DNA of 63,956 nucleotides, counting the filler, from Klebsormidium nitens (Eukaryota > Plantae > Klebsormidiophyceae), in assembly GCA_000708835.1 (NCBI GenBank). It is 4 parts of 4 records of this genome, joined end to end, with 100 filler letters (N's around TTAATTAATTAA, not from the genome) between each part and the next. Parts side by side here need not be neighbours in the genome. Positions count along the whole stretch, not along the records: positions 61,059 to 63,956 come from DF238627.1; 3 more parts are not named here. The stretch is one strand, 5' to 3'. The notes beneath the pieces were generated by a model, which was not told the DNA's origin, ran no database searches, and was given only the letters and a program-made list of their open reading frames with translations. The position numbers were made by a program, and so were the translations under genes. This document shows positions 61,251-63,956 of the stretch, piece by piece (positions within the stretch are counted from its first letter, which is position 1; the number at the start of each line of letters is the position of its first letter).

Positions 61251-63113
61251 GTGCTGCTTGCGTCGACCACTCCAGCCGCCTCCGCCACCCTCCATGAGAC
61301 CCTAGACGCCGGTCAAGCCGTTAGGAGCTGTGCGGCGGTCCACTTTGAAGGCCGAGTCCCCGTCTTCAGCGACATCCGGAGCGTCCCGGCGGCTGTGCCT
61401 CCCTTGCCAAATGCTGGGGGCATGCGAGGAGGCCGCCTCTCCTATGCGGCCAAGCAGGGAGCCGCCGACTTTGCAATCGACTACGGACTCGCCTTCAGCC
61501 TCCGGCCTACAGGGGCATTTGCACGAGGCGGATTCGGCTCGACGTGCATCGGGCGCACATGCGGCGGGAAGGGGGCGGTCTACGCTCGAGGGAGCGAACC
61601 CTTCATCTGGGAGCGGAAGCGAAACCGGGGTGGGGCAGTCATTTGCCGGGGTGGTGGGGGGCACCTTCTGTGCCTGCGGTGCGTGGAGGCCCAGTACGAA
61701 GAGGGGAGCCCCTTTGTTTCGAGCGCGACCGGGGGCCCTGTTCCTCAGCAAGAGCTCTTCACCAAGTACGAAGTGTTTCCCAGTACTCAAGAGCTTCAAG
61801 AGGTACGGTCAGGAGAGACGGGAAGCGAAGGCGGCCACCAATTCTTCGTGCAAAGGAGGGATCTTGCCCCCTGCCCGTACTGCCGTGAGCCCAAGACGGC
61901 CGCTCCGGCGAGGCGCGGTGTCAAGAGAGCGCTTGAAGAGGGGCCCAACCCTCTGGAGCTAGGCACGGTGGCGGTTCTATCGGAGTTGAGTCGAAGCAAG
62001 ATCCCCCCGATTGCAGTTGCCCCCGGCCTTTTCCTTTTGCCTCTGCTCGACGCCCCTAGTGGGCGCCTTCTAGACATTTCTGCCACGGATCGAGGGCTTC
62101 TCAATGTCCCTCGTCTCGTGAAAGTCGACCATATGGGGGGCTTCCGATGCTTGTGCGGTCAGAAGACGTGCCGGGACCACGACATGTCGTTCCTGGAGGC
62201 GACGCGTCTCATGAGCGGCTGGTGGCAAAACGGAGAGGCCATCTTCACGGCCTTTGACGACAGCCGCCCCTTCGTGCGCGAGGTCACCGACGGCGTGCCT
62301 TGGGTGTTGCCGCTAGAACAAGGGGGGTGCCTGGGGGGCACACTCTTTGGGCTTGACGCGGAGGCGTGGAAAGGCGGGCCGCACCTCCGAGTGTTCGTCG
62401 TGAGCAACCCTGGAGAGGAGCCCGTGGTTTGCGTGCTCTGGGGAGAGAATGCGCACTGCAGCGGCGTCGACTGCACGGGTTTTGAGCGGTGCCGGCACCT
62501 TTTGGGGGTGCTCTCGAAGCAAACCTTGCCTCTGATTGAGCGCGCAACTAATGGGGGCGGGAGCCAGACGACACGAACTCTCGCTGAGAGGCGGGCAGAA
62601 AGGGTTGAGCAGCGGGAAGCGGGGACGATGAGGCTCTTGGTCTGTAACGACTCCGCGTGCCGTCGACCCAACTCGAAAGTTGCGTGCACCCACCAAGAAA
62701 CCCTCGAACCCTGGGAGTGTCTTTCGGCTGCGGCGCTTGACATGGGCCACAGCCACAAAAAGATCGACATGAGTCGGGGGGAAGCGAGTGTCACGAGCCT
62801 TTGTGAACGGTGGGGTGAGGAGGGCGTGCGACGGCGGGACAGAGAAAAGCACTTTTGCGCTCCACGACCCGCCGAGTTGCTCTCTCCATGCGGCCGTCCA
62901 TGGCAGCTGGAGAGCAGGAAGGCGTCTCTGACAACGGCGGGGGCGCGCTACGAGATCACTACTCATCGGCGTGTCTGCTGCATCGCTCCTGGGCGAGAGG
63001 CGGCGTGCTGCTCAGTAGCCTACGACGGCCAGGTGCGTCCAAACTCCCTCATCGTACAGATTTCCCCATCGACTTCGTGCGCACTTTTTGTATTGTCGGT
63101 ATGCCGCTTCTGA
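61251..63113 (+). mobile_element. SWIM/Cys-cluster protein, probable N-terminal part of a KDZ (Kyakuja-Dileera-Zisupton)-type transposase
   Basis: CLCGQKTCRDH and CSGVDCTGFERCRH (SWIM-like), C-x4-C-x8-C-x-H, then C..CC...YDGQ followed by a CAG|GTGCGT donor at 63033. No catalytic DDE core inside the window. Confidence 0.45.
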
Positions 63114-63929
63114 AGGTAGCAAAGCATTCTTACTGAGGTAGTCAAACTTGTACTTGGCTTTGACGATGGGCGAAAAGTCTGCTTCGGTCCACAATCCTTG
63201 TCGAGGCTCCAACGGTACCAGGCAACGAAGCATTGACAGTTGTTGTATTGCCTCCTCGCGAAAGATGCGCTCCAACTCTTGTTCACGGCTCTCTAGTTTT
63301 GCTCTAAGGTCAATGCATTCGGGTGGATTGAGACCGGCCAGTACGGCTTGTATCTGGAAGCATCTTCCGAGCTCTGCAAGGTCGTGATAATGTTTGACAA
63401 GCCTCTTTCTTCTTTCCTTGATGACTTTTGCTCGTTGATCCTCTAGAGCAGCGTTGAAGCCCGTTGGACCTCCTCGCTCTCGAACAGCAAGCACTCGCAG
63501 GTCCGACTCTCTCGGATAGAAGCGGGTTCTGTCGAAACCCAAAGGATGAGAAGCCCACTGAAGTGAAGAAAGGTCCTTGATTTGGTACTTTCGTCGCGCC
63601 TCTGCTGTGGTCAAGCAGTCGAGCGCGCGGTGCCATCCAGAATTCACGCAGCTTAAGCAGATTGGCAAGCCTTTATGCGGTTGCATAGGCCATCGCAGTT
63701 CGGTCCAAGCATTATTGCATACTTTGCAACACTCTCGGGGCCAAACGGTCTCAAAATGTAGCGGACCGGATGTGACGCCGCATGGAATGGGAAACTCATG
63801 CATCATCGTTCCGATAGCCGTCTGTGCATCTTTGCAGGTACACGCTGAAGCTGCCAAGTCCGGAAGACCGAGCAAGCCATTCTCAGCGACCACGCTCAAA
63901 GCAGGCGCGAGTTTGTCGTTCAGAGCCAT
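63012..63929 (-). CDS. XPA-like C4 zinc finger plus XPA-C-like protein, possible degenerate F-box at the N-terminus
   Basis: Reads CKVC-x19-CLSC, LTTAEARRKYQIKDL (compare XPA ITKTEAKQEYLLKD) and RFY..ESDL..LA...GG..G. Intronless, 305 aa. Confidence 0.6.
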   Translation of the reverse strand: MALNDKLAPALSVVAENGLLGLPDLAASACTCKDAQTAIGTMMHEFPIPCGVTSGPLHFETVWPRECCKVCNNAWTELRWPMQPHKGLPICLSCVNSGWHRALDCLTTAEARRKYQIKDLSSLQWASHPLGFDRTRFYPRESDLRVLAVRERGGPTGFNAALEDQRAKVIKERRKRLVKHYHDLAELGRCFQIQAVLAGLNPPECIDLRAKLESREQELERIFREEAIQQLSMLRCLVPLEPRQGLWTEADFSPIVKAKYKFDYLSKNALLPSEAAYRQYKKCARSRWGNLYDEGVWTHLAVVGY

Positions 63930-63956
63930 GACAGAGTAGTGTCAGGATCATGAGAT

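Larger units (their letters stand above)
49681..63956. mobile_element. Putative giant endogenous viral element (NCLDV-derived block)
   Basis: Dense, mostly intronless ORFs with 13-22 bp spacers. Contains a penton/minor-capsid-like gene, dUTPase, a soluble glycosyltransferase, an HExxH peptidase, F-box and RING proteins, and ORFans. No MCP, polB or packaging ATPase inside the window. Confidence 0.7.

Overview
Eukaryotic nuclear DNA from a streptophyte alga. Klebsormidium nitens is my inference, from the plant-type gene set, the short GT-AG introns with GTGAGC donors, and a DNMT-carrying Gypsy element. The window has three zones. (1) 1-27 kb: ordinary multi-exon host genes, namely a small plastid-targeted protein with a GC-AG intron, (6-4) photolyase UVR3, a TOM1/TOM3-type membrane protein, CDKA (PSTAIRE), and a secreted beta-helix/Pro-rich protein. 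A 341-bp foldback and some local repeats also lie here. (2) 28-49.6 kb: a nested transposon graveyard. It holds decayed Copia elements, three related Copia LTRs (one a solo LTR with a 5-bp TSD), a 1.4-kb TIR element, and a decayed Ty3/Gypsy element with a DNMT3-like C5 methyltransferase between protease and RT. A complete 523-bp TRIM is inserted into that Gypsy element. (3) 49.7-64 kb: a gene-dense, mostly intronless block that looks like an endogenised giant virus (NCLDV). It encodes a penton/minor-capsid-like protein, dUTPase, a soluble glycosyltransferase, an HExxH peptidase, F-box and RING/TRAF proteins, XPA-like proteins and ORFans. The most striking observation is an intronless plant-type KAI2/D14-family alpha/beta-hydrolase with an intact Ser-Asp-His triad packed 16-22 bp from its neighbours inside this virus-like block. 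All family assignments are motif recognition by eye, and no searches were run. N-gaps hide the junctions of the virus-like block.
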